64,000 bases of DNA from Thermoanaerobaculia bacterium (GTDB lineage Bacteria; Acidobacteriota; Thermoanaerobaculia; UBA5066), in assembly GCA_963816185.1 (NCBI GenBank), contig CAWFJJ010000030.1, forward strand, positions 416,001-480,000, given 5' to 3'. The notes beneath the pieces are model-generated. The model made no database searches. It saw only the letters and a list, made by a program, of their open reading frames with translations, and had not been told where the DNA came from. The position numbers and the translations under genes were made by a program. Below are positions 19,698-29,740 of this stretch, one piece after another (position 1 is the stretch's first letter; each line of letters starts with the position of its first letter).

Positions 19698-19867
19698 GAT
19701 TTCTTAGAAGGGGCATAGGGCGCGCCCGGCGGCGAGCCTCGAGGCGCCAGGTTCCCGGCGCGCCGCGCGTCTATTCACCTTCGAAGAAAAGGTGCCTCTC
19801 CCGGGCTCCTGAGCCTTCTCGCCGCGCTCGGGCCGCCCCCGCGTCCTATTCACCCTCTAAGAAAATC
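19698..19867. repeat. Cluster 5 of dispersed motif (intergenic, three near-consensus copies)
   Basis: Reverse gatttcttagaaggggcata (19698-19717); forward tattcaccttcgaagaaaa (19772-19790) and tattcaccctctaagaaaatc (19847-19867). Confidence 0.85.
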
Positions 19868-19879
19868 TTCTCTCCTCTC

Positions 19880-21742
19880 TCACCGGCGGTCGCGCGCGCG
19901 GACCCGTCCCCTGTTCGCGAGCTTTTCGGTGAGCTGGAGATTCCGTCGGATCTGCTCGAGCATCTTCGCCTCGAGGCCGCGCCCGGCCGAGACGCGCGTG
20001 TCGCGTCGCTTCGCCCGCCCGAACGCCTGCCGCGCGGCGCGTGCGTCTCCGAGAGCGAGGTACGCGAGGCCGAGGTGCGTGAGAGAGGTCGGCGTCTCGC
20101 CGAGGTCCGTCGCGCGCCGCAGGCACTCCACGGCGCGGTCGTACTCGCGCCTCTTGTAGTGCACCCACCCCTTGGCCGCGAGCGGGAACTGCCGCATCTC
20201 CTTCGGCGAGAGCTTGAGCGAGAGGTCCGCGAGATCCAGCGCGGCGTCGAGGTCCTCTCCCATCTCCGCGAGCGCCGTGGCCCGCTGAAAGTACGCGATC
20301 GAGCGCGCATAGTTGGATTTCACGGCCCCGAGCATCTCCTCGGCGACGCGGCTTCCCTCGCGGAACTTGCCCTGGGCCTTGAGAGCCTCGAGAAGCGTCG
20401 TGTACGCGGCGGCGGCGACCATCTCGCCCGGCGCGCGGGAGAGGACGCGTCGCGTCGTGGCGACCGCGTCGGACGTCTTACCCACGGCCGAGCACAGGAG
20501 CGCATGCGCGATGAGGAGCGTGGGGTTCTCCGGGTCGAGCTTCAGCGCGCGGCGGTAGAGCGCCATCGCCTTCTGCGGGTCGCGCCCCGCGGCGGCCTCG
20601 GCCCTGCGGGCGAGCTGGGCCGCCTCCCCGGTCACCTTCGGGAGCGCCCGCGCCCCGGAGGGCGCGAGGAGCTTCGACGCCTCCTGGTACTCGATGCGGT
20701 TCGGGTTCAGCTCGAGCGCCGACTGGAACCGTTCGGCCGCCTTCTGCGTCCATCCGCGGTCGAGATAGCAGAGGCCGAGCTGGTAGAGCGCGTCCTCGTC
20801 GTCGGGATCCAGGCGAACAGCCTTCTGAAACGCCTCGATCGCCTCGGTGAGCCGGCCGCGCTCGTACGCGATCGTGCCGAGGAGCGAAAACGCCTGCGCG
20901 TTCTCGTCGAGCGTGACCGCCTTCTTCAGGAACGTCTCCGCGCGCGCGAGCTGGCCCTGGAGCGCGTAGAGCGCGCCGAGCGTGAAGTGAGGCAGGAAGG
21001 CGTCCGGCCGGACCGCGACCGCCTCCTTGAGGACCTCGAGCGCGCGATCCGTGCGGCCCGCCTCGTTCTCGAGGACTCCCACGTACACGAGCGCGTCGAA
21101 GTGCCTCGGCTCCTTCGCGAGAACGGCGTGCAGCATCGCGGCCGCGCGGTCCGTCTCCCCCTCGTTGAAGTACGTCTCGCCCAGAAAGAACGCGAGGTCG
21201 GCGTTCCCTTTGTCCAGCCGGTACGCCTCCTCGAGCACCTTCAACGCCTTGTCCGGGTCGAGCGCGTAGAACGCGAACTCGGCGTCGGTGAGGAGCGCCT
21301 TGAAGCGCTCCCGCCGTTCGCCCGAGAAGCCGCCGAGCATCCGCTCCTTGCGCTCGAGGAAGCGCTCGCGCTTCTCCATCGCGGTCATGTGGTGGTCGAC
21401 GCGCGTCTCCCAGAGGTCGAGCAGCTCCTCCTCGACGAGGAGACCCTTCCTCTCGAGGAGGTCCTTGAGAGCCAGGAGCCCGGTCTGGGCGACGAAGCCG
21501 TTCTTCTCCTGCCGGTTCAGAGCGTCGAGGAGCATCTTCAGCGTCTCGGCGCTTCGCTTGACGATCTCCTCGAGGATGCTGACGCGCTCGAGGAGGTGCT
21601 CGTCCATCGAGACGCCCTCCTCCTGCGGCGTCCCTTCCTCGTACGCCTCGGAGGCTCCCGAGACGACGAGGAGCTTGCTCTGGCACCTGAGGCAGTACTC
21701 GCGATCGAGCTCGTTCGTCGCCCCGCAGACCTGGCAGATCAA
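19880..21742 (-). CDS. TPR-repeat protein with N-terminal zinc ribbon and coiled coil
   Basis: TTG start overlapping the hbd stop; CQVC-x10-CLRC; many TPR units such as AIEAFQKAVRLDPDDEDALYQLG. Confidence 0.85.
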   Translation of the reverse strand: MICQVCGATNELDREYCLRCQSKLLVVSGASEAYEEGTPQEEGVSMDEHLLERVSILEEIVKRSAETLKMLLDALNRQEKNGFVAQTGLLALKDLLERKGLLVEEELLDLWETRVDHHMTAMEKRERFLERKERMLGGFSGERRERFKALLTDAEFAFYALDPDKALKVLEEAYRLDKGNADLAFFLGETYFNEGETDRAAAMLHAVLAKEPRHFDALVYVGVLENEAGRTDRALEVLKEAVAVRPDAFLPHFTLGALYALQGQLARAETFLKKAVTLDENAQAFSLLGTIAYERGRLTEAIEAFQKAVRLDPDDEDALYQLGLCYLDRGWTQKAAERFQSALELNPNRIEYQEASKLLAPSGARALPKVTGEAAQLARRAEAAAGRDPQKAMALYRRALKLDPENPTLLIAHALLCSAVGKTSDAVATTRRVLSRAPGEMVAAAAYTTLLEALKAQGKFREGSRVAEEMLGAVKSNYARSIAYFQRATALAEMGEDLDAALDLADLSLKLSPKEMRQFPLAAKGWVHYKRREYDRAVECLRRATDLGETPTSLTHLGLAYLALGDARAARQAFGRAKRRDTRVSAGRGLEAKMLEQIRRNLQLTEKLANRGRVRARDRR

Positions 21743-22614
21743 GGGAGCCTCTCGCCCCCCGGCCCGTTGTAGCGGTAAAAGCCGCGGCCTGTCTTCCGCC
21801 CGTACCAGCCCGCGTCGACCATCTGCACGAGGAGCGGGCACGGCCGGTACTTGTCGTCGCCGAGCCCGTAATGCAGGACGCGCAGAATCGCGAGGCAGGT
21901 ATCGAGGCCGATGAAGTCGGCAAGGACGAGCGGACCCATCGGGTGGTTCATGCCGAGCTTCATGATGCCGTCCACCGCTTCGGGTGTCGCGACGCCCTCG
22001 TGCACCGCGAAAAACGCCTCGTTCAGCATCGGCATGAGGATGCGGTTCGCCACGAAGCCCGGAAAGTCGCGGCACAGGAGCGGAGTTTTTCCGAGCTCCT
22101 TCGCGAGGGCGAGGACGGTTTCCGTCGTCTCGTCCGAGGTCGCAATCCCTCGGATCACCTCGACGAGCGCCATCACGGGCACGGGATTCATGAAGTGCAT
22201 CCCGATGAAGCGCTCCGGCCTCTTCGTACCGGCCGCGAGGCGCGTGATCGAGATGGACGACGTGTTCGTCGCGAGGATCGTGAGGGGCGGAACGAGCGAG
22301 TCGACTCGTGCGAGGAGGTCCCTCTTGACTGCCTCGTTCTCGACGATCGCCTCGACGACGAGCTCGGCCTCGGCGAGCCTCGAGAGGTCGGCCGTGGCGA
22401 CGATACGTTCGAGGGCGGCGTCCCGGTCCGAGCCCGAGACCTTGCCCTTTTCGACCTGGCGGGAGAGATTCTTCTCGATTCCCCGCAGGCCCTTTCCCGC
22501 GAGGTCGGGCGTCACGTCCACGAGCACGACCCTCTTGCCCGCGAGCGCCGCCACGTGCGCGATGCCCGCTCCCATCTGTCCGGCGCCCACGACGCCGATC
22601 GTTCCTTGTGTCAT
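21739..22614 (-). CDS. hbd: 3-hydroxybutyryl-CoA dehydrogenase
   Basis: GVVGAGQMGAGIA, EAIVE, ATNTSSISIT, GMHFMNPVP, GMNHPMGPL, DFIGLD. Confidence 0.93.
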   Translation of the reverse strand: MTQGTIGVVGAGQMGAGIAHVAALAGKRVVLVDVTPDLAGKGLRGIEKNLSRQVEKGKVSGSDRDAALERIVATADLSRLAEAELVVEAIVENEAVKRDLLARVDSLVPPLTILATNTSSISITRLAAGTKRPERFIGMHFMNPVPVMALVEVIRGIATSDETTETVLALAKELGKTPLLCRDFPGFVANRILMPMLNEAFFAVHEGVATPEAVDGIMKLGMNHPMGPLVLADFIGLDTCLAILRVLHYGLGDDKYRPCPLLVQMVDAGWYGRKTGRGFYRYNGPGGERLP

Positions 22615-22666
22615 CGGATCTCGTTCTCCTTCGCGGCCCTTCGCGAGGGCTCGCCGCCCGAGCCTA

Positions 22667-23643
22667 TCAGGAGGCTGCGAGCGCGAGGCGCCAGTCGCGT
22701 GAGGCCGCGGCTCCAAGCGACACGCCGATGCCCGCGAGCGAGGCGAGACCCCAGACGAGAGGACCCGCGACCGGAACGAGGGACGCGAGGCCGAGGAGGA
22801 GGAGGCCGATGCCGAGCGCAGCCGGATCGCCGAAAAGGAGATCGCCGCGCACGGCGCGGCGCGTCGTGCGGCGGCCCAGGACGACGAACAGAGCCGCGAG
22901 ACCGAAGATCTTCGCCGCGGCGAGAACCCCGAGCAGTGCGACGCCGAGGACGAGCGCGAACCGGGCCGGCAGGGCGGAGAGCGCGAACGCCTCGAGGAAG
23001 AGGGCGGTCAGGACCGCGGTCGCCCCGAGCGCCGCGAGAAACGCGAAGCGGCCTCGAGCTTCGTCCGCCGCCCGGAGGACCGGGCGGGGCGCGAAAAAGA
23101 GGAGGCCGACGGAAACGAGGAGCCAGCACAGGAGCAGAAACAGGCGGAAGGAGAGAATGAGCGGCGAGTTCTTGCCGGACGTCAGAGGCGACGTCTCGAG
23201 CTCGGAGACGACGGCCGCTTCGAGAGCGGTGATCGTCCGGATGTCGGCCCCCGACCTGCGGCGGGAACACGCTCGTCGTCGCGTTCGAAGAGCGGCCACC
23301 GGGGATTTCTTCGAAGGTGAGAGAACCGCCGACCGCAAGCACATCGCCATCGATGACGAGCGCCTCGTTTGATCGTCGCGTCCGCGCCGAGGAGGATCAG
23401 GTCGCGACGAATGTGGCCCGACACGACAGCCGTTCCTCCTCCGACGAGCACCGCGCTTCCTTCCAATTCACCTTCTAGGAAAACCTTCCTTCCGAGAGCC
23501 ACGACGTCGCCGGCGCGGATCGTTCCTTTCGGAATGGACAACGAGCCTTCCTCGGCCTTCGCGCGTGACGAGACTGCCGGAACGAGAATCAAAAGAAGAG
23601 CCAGAATCGCCCGGCTTCCGGTCGAGCGCGTCAAGCAGCTCAC
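22667..23643 (-). CDS. Membrane protein with N-terminal beta-helical (bactofilin-like) region; frameshift near 23360
   Basis: Signal-like segment, repeats GDVVALG/GSAVLVGG/RDLILLG/GDVLAVGG, then about 5 TM helices in the adjacent frame. Confidence 0.6.
23304..23485. repeat. Cluster 6 of dispersed motif (in CDS)
   Basis: Reverse gatttcttcgaaggtgag (23304-23321); forward attcaccttctaggaaaacc (23466-23485). Confidence 0.75.
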
Positions 23644-23656
23644 TCGGGTTCCCGCG

Positions 23657-24178
23657 TCAGCCGCGACGCGCGCCGGTAGGCAGGCGCGAGGGGCGCCGAG
23701 CCAGCCGACGTGCAAGAAGCGCGAACGCGCCTCCCGAGGCGAACAGGGCTCCGGCGAGCGCCGGCCGAATGCCCGGCGCGCTTGCGAGCGCCGCCGCGAG
23801 AGCGCTCGCGAGAGCGGGCACGGCCGCGAGAAGCGCCGGCAGGCCTCCCGCCGTTCCCGCCGCCATCACGCGCGCCCACGTCTCGAACGCCGTAGCGGGC
23901 CCGAGCGACCAGAGAGGAGCGAGGAAAATGGCGAGGCTCGCCGCGAGGAGCGTGCCCGCCGTCAAGGCCGGAATGCGCCACGCCCTCGCCCGGCGGACCT
24001 CCCAGGCTGCGAATGGACGTGCCGCCATGACCCGGGCCGTCAGCTCTGCCTCGAAAGGAGCGGCCGGCGACGCCATAACACACTCATCCAGAACGAGTTC
24101 CAGGCGACGATCCCTCTCCAGGTCTTCCGGAGAGGGCGGCAGGTCGTCCTGAGCGCGGGCGCCGGTCAACTCGTTCAT
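23657..24178 (-). CDS. Putative membrane anti-sigma factor
   Basis: Directly after the ECF sigma; PFEAELTARVMAA motif followed by hydrophobic helices; GAGG SD. Confidence 0.6.
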   Translation of the reverse strand: MNELTGARAQDDLPPSPEDLERDRRLELVLDECVMASPAAPFEAELTARVMAARPFAAWEVRRARAWRIPALTAGTLLAASLAIFLAPLWSLGPATAFETWARVMAAGTAGGLPALLAAVPALASALAAALASAPGIRPALAGALFASGGAFALLARRLARRPSRLPTGARRG

Positions 24179-24187
24179 CTCGTTCCT

Positions 24188-24769
24188 CTATACGATGTCC
24201 TTGGGCAAAAGATCTCGAAGCGCCTGTCGCGCCCGGAAGAGCTTGTTCTTGACCGTACCGAGGGGCATGCCTTTGAGCTCGGCGATCTCCTCGTAAGGCA
24301 TCTCTCCGTAGTGGCGAAGGCTGATGAGCTCGCGGTAGTCGTCCGGCAGACGTTCGATGGCCGCCGAAAGAGCCTCGCGAAGCCGGCGTCGGGTCAGGTC
24401 CTCGTGGGGATTCGGGCGCGTCTCGGGCGGATCCACGGCGCGAACCTCACCGTTCTCTCCGTGCGCGTGCTCGAGTGGCAGAGTCCGAACGCGTCGCCGA
24501 CGCAAGTGATCGATCGCCGCGTTCCCGGCGATCCGGAACAGCCAGGTCGAAAACTTGAAATGCGGGTCGAACGAGTCGAGGGCCCCGTACACTTTGATGA
24601 AGACGTCCTGAGTGACGTCGCGGGCATCCTCCACGTCATACGTGAAGCGCTCCACGTACCGTGAGACGCGCGTGCGATAGCGATTCACGAGGACAGCGTA
24701 GAGCTCCGCGTCGCCCGCGAGGACGAGCTTGACGATCTCGGCGTCCTCGCGCGTATCGGAGGCCGACAT
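24188..24769 (-). CDS. ECF RNA polymerase sigma factor (SigW/SigE-like)
   Basis: [52 protein letters not shown]. Confidence 0.95.
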   Translation of the reverse strand: MSASDTREDAEIVKLVLAGDAELYAVLVNRYRTRVSRYVERFTYDVEDARDVTQDVFIKVYGALDSFDPHFKFSTWLFRIAGNAAIDHLRRRRVRTLPLEHAHGENGEVRAVDPPETRPNPHEDLTRRRLREALSAAIERLPDDYRELISLRHYGEMPYEEIAELKGMPLGTVKNKLFRARQALRDLLPKDIV

Positions 24770-24841
24770 GACGAGATGGTGTCATACCGTCCGGCATCGG
24801 GCAGAATACGCAGCCGGCCAGAGGCCTTCCGAGGAGGTACC

Positions 24842-26140
24842 GTGACTTTCAACCCCGAGTCCACGTCGGGCGTCCTGCACCGTCCCGCCCGCGGCGCGGC
24901 AATCAATCCCTTCGAGGAGATGGGGTCGCGCTTCGATCAGGCCGCCCGCCTCCTGAAGCTCGATGCCGGGCTCTGCAAGGTGCTGCGCGAGCCCATCAAG
25001 GAAGTGAAGGTGGCGATTCCCGTCATCATGGACGACGGAAGGATCGAGCTTTTCATCGGATACCGCGTGCATCACAACATCGCGCGCGGGCCCGCGAAGG
25101 GCGGAATCCGCTACGACCCGCACGTGACTCTCGACGAAGTGCGCGCTCTCGCCTCGTGGATGACGTGGAAGTGCGCCGTGATGAACATCCCGTTCGGGGG
25201 CGGCAAGGGCGGGGTCATCTGCGACCCGCGCAAGCTCTCGCGCGGCGAGCTCGAGCGAATCACGCGCCGGTATACCGCCGAGCTCATGGATGTCCTCGGA
25301 CCCGAGAAGGACGTTCCGGCCCCCGACGTCGGCACGGATTCCCAGACGATGGCGTGGCTCATGGACACGTACTCCATGCACATGCGCCACACCGTGACGA
25401 GCGTCGTCACCGGCAAGCCGATCACGATCGGCGGGTCGCGTGGCCGCGTCGAGGCCACGGGCCGGGGTGTCATGATCGCGGGCCGCGAGGCCGGAAAAGC
25501 CCATGGCGTGCCCCTGCAGGGCGCGCGCGTCGCTGTGCAGGGCTTCGGGAACGTCGGATCGATCTCGGCGAAGATGTTCTTCCTGCAGGGCGCCAAGGTC
25601 ATCGCGGTGTCCGACGTGGGCGGCGCCATCCAGAACAGGGCCGGGCTCGACGTTCCCGCGCTCCTCGAGCACGTCGCGAGGACGAAAACGGTCGTGGGCT
25701 TCCCGGGGAGCACGCCTCTCGACGCGGACGACCTCCTCACGATCGACTGCGAAATCCTCGTCCCGGCCGCCCTCGAGAACCAGATCACGACCGAAAACGC
25801 CAAGGACATCCGCGCGAAGATCATCCTCGAGGGCGCGAACGGGCCCACGACGTACGACGCCGACGAGGTCCTCCAGAAGAAAGGCGTCGTCGTCATCCCG
25901 GACATCCTCGCGAACGGCGGGGGCGTCACCGTTTCCTACTTCGAATGGGTGCAGGACCGGATGGGCTTCTTCTGGCGCGAGCAGGAGGTCAACGAACGCC
26001 TCGAGGAGATGATGGTGCAGTCCTTCGGCGACGTGCGCGACATGGCCGCGGCCAACGGCGTCTCGTACCGCATCGCGGCTTACATGGTCGCGATCCAGCG
26101 CGTCGCCTACGACATGCAGGTGCGTGGTCTCTACGCCTGA
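24842..26140 (+). CDS. gdhA: Glu/Leu/Phe/Val dehydrogenase (glutamate dehydrogenase)
   Basis: [56 protein letters not shown]; GAGGAGG SD before GTG. Confidence 0.93.
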   Translation: MTFNPESTSGVLHRPARGAAINPFEEMGSRFDQAARLLKLDAGLCKVLREPIKEVKVAIPVIMDDGRIELFIGYRVHHNIARGPAKGGIRYDPHVTLDEVRALASWMTWKCAVMNIPFGGGKGGVICDPRKLSRGELERITRRYTAELMDVLGPEKDVPAPDVGTDSQTMAWLMDTYSMHMRHTVTSVVTGKPITIGGSRGRVEATGRGVMIAGREAGKAHGVPLQGARVAVQGFGNVGSISAKMFFLQGAKVIAVSDVGGAIQNRAGLDVPALLEHVARTKTVVGFPGSTPLDADDLLTIDCEILVPAALENQITTENAKDIRAKIILEGANGPTTYDADEVLQKKGVVVIPDILANGGGVTVSYFEWVQDRMGFFWREQEVNERLEEMMVQSFGDVRDMAAANGVSYRIAAYMVAIQRVAYDMQVRGLYA

Positions 26141-26888
26141 CGGGACCGCCATCCCGTCGATCCGGTTCGACGGGGCGACCAAGAACTACGGCCGGAAGAC
26201 GGCGCTTAAGAGCCTCACGCTCGACGTGCCGGCGGGCGCCGTCTTCGCCCTCGTGGGCCCGAACGGCGCCGGCAAGACGACGGCGATCGGGCTCCTGACC
26301 GGACTTCTCGCGCCGACGGCGGGGCGCACGTTCGTGTGCGGGATCGACATCGCCCGCGATCCCGTCGAGGCAAAGAAGCACCTGGGTTTCGTGCCGGACC
26401 GCCCGTATCTCTGGCCGAAGTGGACGCCGCGAGAGACCCTGCGCTTCGTGGGAGCCGCGTTCGGGGGCCGCGCAGCGGCACTCGAGGAGCGCATCGAAGC
26501 CGAACTCGACGCGTTCGACCTGGCCGAGGTTTCCTCCGCGCGCAACGAAACCCTGTCCCACGGCACGCGGCAGCGTGTGGCCCTCGCGCAGGCGTTTCTG
26601 CACGATCCGTCCGTCCTCGTCCTCGACGAGCCCATGGTCGGCCTCGATCCGCTCGCCCAGCGCGGGCTATCCGAACGCCTGCGGGCTCACGCGGCGGGGG
26701 GCTCGGCGGTCCTCCTCACGACCCATCAGCTCGCGCTCGCCGAGGAGATCGCGACCGCCGTAGGCCTCCTCGTCGAAGGCCGGCTCGTCGCGAGCGGCCC
26801 TCCGCGGAATCTCGAGAGCGCCTCGGGCCGCGGAGGCGCGCTGTCGGACGTCTTTTTCGACCTCGCGGGCGGGCCGCCCAAGCCGTGA
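26124..26888 (+). CDS. ABC transporter ATP-binding protein
   Basis: Walker [10 protein letters not shown], signature LSHGTRQR, Walker B LVLDEP, H-loop TTH. Confidence 0.92.
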   Translation: MVSTPDGTAIPSIRFDGATKNYGRKTALKSLTLDVPAGAVFALVGPNGAGKTTAIGLLTGLLAPTAGRTFVCGIDIARDPVEAKKHLGFVPDRPYLWPKWTPRETLRFVGAAFGGRAAALEERIEAELDAFDLAEVSSARNETLSHGTRQRVALAQAFLHDPSVLVLDEPMVGLDPLAQRGLSERLRAHAAGGSAVLLTTHQLALAEEIATAVGLLVEGRLVASGPPRNLESASGRGGALSDVFFDLAGGPPKP

Positions 26889-28537
26889 ACGCGACCTTCC
26901 GATGGAACTCCGCGCGGGCCGCGGGGCGGACGCTTCTGGCAGGCGACTCCCGCGGGCGCCTCGCCACCTTCGCGGGACTCGGCGCTCTCCTCGCGTTCAC
27001 CGGCCTGGAAACGGTCGGCCTGGAGGGTGCCCTCCGCGCCTCGCGCGCCGCCCTGGGCGAGCTGCCCGAGATCCGGCCTGCATTTCTCCTCGAGCGCCTC
27101 CTCGGGCTCGCGTTCGCGGCCGCCCTCGCCCTTGGATTCCTCGGATCGCTCACGACGGCGATCTCCACGCTCTTCCTCTCGGACGAGCTCGGCGCCCTGT
27201 GCGTCCTTCCCTTCGCGCACCGGCGTCTCGTCTTGAGGCAGGCGTTTCTCACGCTCGCCCTCGCGTCCGCGCCGGCGGTTCTCCTTTCGATCCCCGCCCT
27301 TCTCGTCGCCGCTCTCGCCACCCGCCGTCCGCTTCTCGCGTTCGCAGCGGGCGCCGTGCCGCTCGCCGGCGTGATGCTCCTCGCGGGCGCGACAGGGATC
27401 GCGGCGGCTCTCCTCCTCGTACGCCTCGTGCCCCCGAGGCGCGCCCGCCTGCTCGCGGCCTTCCTGTCGGCGACCGGCCTCGCCGCGGCCCTCGTCGGCT
27501 TCCGTGCCGCCCGGCCGGAGCGCCTTCTCGATCCGACCGAGGCTCTCGCCGTCGTGACGCGCCTGGGTGCCGTGCGCCCCTCTTCGCCGGGACTCCAACC
27601 GGCCGCGTGGGCCGCACGCGCAGCGACGCGCGGCCTCTTCGGCGACGCGGGGGGCCTCGCTCCAGGCGTTGCGCTCTTTCTCGCAGGCCTGGCCGTCTTT
27701 CTTCTCGTTCCGACCGCTCTCTGGCGCCTCCATCTCCACGTGCTCCGCGACTCGTGGCCGGGATCGGCGGCGACGGCTGGCCCGGCGGGCCGCGGCTCCG
27801 AGGCCCGTTCGCTCGGCGGGGTGCTCGTGCGCTCCGAAGCGGCGAGTCTTCTCCGCGACGCCTCGACGCCGGCGCAGCTCGGGTCGTTGGCCGCCGTGTT
27901 CCTGCTCGACCTGATGAACGTCCGGCTCCTGCCAGGGACGGACGCCGCCGCACGCGACCTCGTGGCGGGTTTGCAGACCGGCCTCTCGCTCTTCCTCGTC
28001 TCCGCGCTGTCGCTGCGCTTCGCCTATCCGTCGGTCTCGTCCGACGGCCGCGCGGCGCTCGTCCTCCGGACGCTGCCCCTCGACCCGCGGCTCCACCTCT
28101 TCGTCCGGTGGGCCGTCCGCGCCTTTCCGGCCGCGGGCGTCGGCCTCGCCCTGACCGGCGCCAGCCTGCTCGTCCTCCGGCCCGGAAAGACGATCTCCGC
28201 GCTCGCGCTCGTCGCGGCGTTCGCCGGGAGCCTCGCGATTCCGGCGCTCCACGTCGGCCTCGGCGCCCTTTTCCCGCGCTACGACGCGCCGAACGCGGTG
28301 AGCGTGGCGCTCTCCACGGGAGGACTTTTCGCCCTCGTATTCTCGACGGGGCTCTCGCTGTTCTCGACGCTCGTCGTATCCGCGGAGCTGCAGACGCTGC
28401 TCGGAACACTTCTGAAGATCCGGATGGGGCCCTTGCCGCTCCTCACTGCGTTCCTCATCCTGGCGGTGGCCGCTGCGATCGTCCCGCTGGCACTAGCCGC
28501 GCGGTCGCTCGCGACAAAAGACATCGCCATCGGGTGA
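26885..28537 (+). CDS. ABC exporter membrane subunit (about 12 TM helices)
   Basis: GTGA coupling to the ATPase; highly hydrophobic; LFLSDEL and RFAYPSVSSDG motifs. Confidence 0.8.
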   Translation: MNATFRWNSARAAGRTLLAGDSRGRLATFAGLGALLAFTGLETVGLEGALRASRAALGELPEIRPAFLLERLLGLAFAAALALGFLGSLTTAISTLFLSDELGALCVLPFAHRRLVLRQAFLTLALASAPAVLLSIPALLVAALATRRPLLAFAAGAVPLAGVMLLAGATGIAAALLLVRLVPPRRARLLAAFLSATGLAAALVGFRAARPERLLDPTEALAVVTRLGAVRPSSPGLQPAAWAARAATRGLFGDAGGLAPGVALFLAGLAVFLLVPTALWRLHLHVLRDSWPGSAATAGPAGRGSEARSLGGVLVRSEAASLLRDASTPAQLGSLAAVFLLDLMNVRLLPGTDAAARDLVAGLQTGLSLFLVSALSLRFAYPSVSSDGRAALVLRTLPLDPRLHLFVRWAVRAFPAAGVGLALTGASLLVLRPGKTISALALVAAFAGSLAIPALHVGLGALFPRYDAPNAVSVALSTGGLFALVFSTGLSLFSTLVVSAELQTLLGTLLKIRMGPLPLLTAFLILAVAAAIVPLALAARSLATKDIAIG

Positions 28538-28633
28538 CCTTCTAAGAAGATCTTCTTAGAAGGGTGAATGAGCGAGGCGCTCATGAGCAAGGCGTCGGCC
28601 TGGCAACCGGCACGGGACCTTCTAAGCAAAGAT
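28538..28633. repeat. Cluster 7 of dispersed motif: perfect 26 bp palindrome plus a third copy between convergent genes
   Basis: ccttctaagaagatcttcttagaagg (28538-28563) equals its own reverse complement; further forward copy accttctaagcaaagat (28617-28633). Confidence 0.85.
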
Positions 28634-28658
28634 ATTTGGTGCTCTTCGAACGCCGCAC

Positions 28659-29570
28659 TCAAGGGACGGCGTGTAGCGGCGGGTCGCCGCGCGCGAAGCG
28701 CGCGATCTCCTCGCACGCGAGGCGCGCCATCGCGAGGCGCGTCTCGACGGTGGCCGAGCCGAGATGCGGAAGGAGAACGACGTTGGGAAGGGAGAGCAGC
28801 CCGGCGTGAATCGCAGGCTCTTTCTCGTAGACGTCCAGGCCCGCCCCCGAAAGATGCTTCGAGTGAAGGGCCGCAACCAGCGCGCCTTCGTCCACGATCG
28901 GGCCGCGCGCGGTGTTGATCAGGATCGCTCCCTTCTTCATTCGCAGAAGCTCTTCCTCTCCGAATCTTCCGCGAGTCCCCTCGGTCAAAGGCGCATGGAT
29001 CGACAGGACGTCGAGCTTCGAAAGAAAATCTTCGAACTCCTCTTCCGTGCCATCCCTGTCGAAAGAGAGGACTCTCATCCCGAACGCCTCGCCTCGGCGC
29101 GCGGCGGCGCGGCCGATCCGGCCCATGCCGTAGATCCCGAGCGTCTTCCCCGAGAGAGAGATGCCGAGGAGCTCCTGCGGCTTCCAGCCGTCCCATGCCC
29201 TCGAGCGCGCCAGCGCCTCGCCTTCGCGAATCCGCCGCGCGACCGCGAGGATCAGCGCCCAGGCGAGATCGGCCGTGGCGTCCGTGAGGACGTCGGGCGT
29301 GTTCGTGACGAGGATCCCGCGGGATCGGCAGGCTGCGAGGTCGATGTGATCGACGCCGACCGAGTGGCTCGCGACGATTTGGACCCGCGGCGACGCGGCG
29401 AGGACCTCGGCTGTGATCGGCTCACGCGGCGTCGGAAGGAGTGCGTCGGCGTCGTGGAGGAGCGGCCACTCGGAGCGCGGCAGGTTCCCGCCGCCGGTGA
29501 CGACGGTATGCCCGGCGAGGATCTCGGTCGTCGAGGGCTCGACGAGAGGCTGACCGACGAAGACTTTCAC
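28659..29570 (-). CDS. D-isomer 2-hydroxyacid dehydrogenase (glyoxylate/hydroxypyruvate reductase)
   Basis: VGVDHID, TNTPDVLTDATAD, GIYGMGRIG, INTARG, GLDVYEKEP, PHLGSA. Confidence 0.92.
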   Translation of the reverse strand: MKVFVGQPLVEPSTTEILAGHTVVTGGGNLPRSEWPLLHDADALLPTPREPITAEVLAASPRVQIVASHSVGVDHIDLAACRSRGILVTNTPDVLTDATADLAWALILAVARRIREGEALARSRAWDGWKPQELLGISLSGKTLGIYGMGRIGRAAARRGEAFGMRVLSFDRDGTEEEFEDFLSKLDVLSIHAPLTEGTRGRFGEEELLRMKKGAILINTARGPIVDEGALVAALHSKHLSGAGLDVYEKEPAIHAGLLSLPNVVLLPHLGSATVETRLAMARLACEEIARFARGDPPLHAVP

Positions 29571-29740
29571 GGCGTCTTGAACGGGCGCACGAGAAGCCAG
29601 CCCGCGACAAAAATGCCGCCGCCGGCAAAGAACATGCGCTCCTCGTAACGGAGGTCGTTCCGCAGGAGTCCGATGGCGAGGCCGAGACCCACGAGCGCGA
29701 GGCCGACGAGCTGCAGACCTCGCCCGAGCGCAAATCTCAC
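29567..29740 (-). CDS. Small two-TM membrane protein (57 aa)
   Basis: GTGA overlaps at both ends; VRFALGRGLQLVGLALVGLGLAIG...FFAGGGIFVAGWLLV. Confidence 0.65.
   Translation of the reverse strand: MRFALGRGLQLVGLALVGLGLAIGLLRNDLRYEERMFFAGGGIFVAGWLLVRPFKTP

Noticed and set aside
19698-19867. Possible mini-CRISPR (repeats about 75 bp apart)
   Set aside because: Only two co-oriented degenerate copies plus one inverted copy, no cas genes, and the same motif occurs inside ORFs
24782-26182. Full-length antisense ORF to the glutamate dehydrogenase gene (similar cases at maeB, rel and the TonB receptor)
   Set aside because: Codon-bias artefact; no independent start signals or domain motifs
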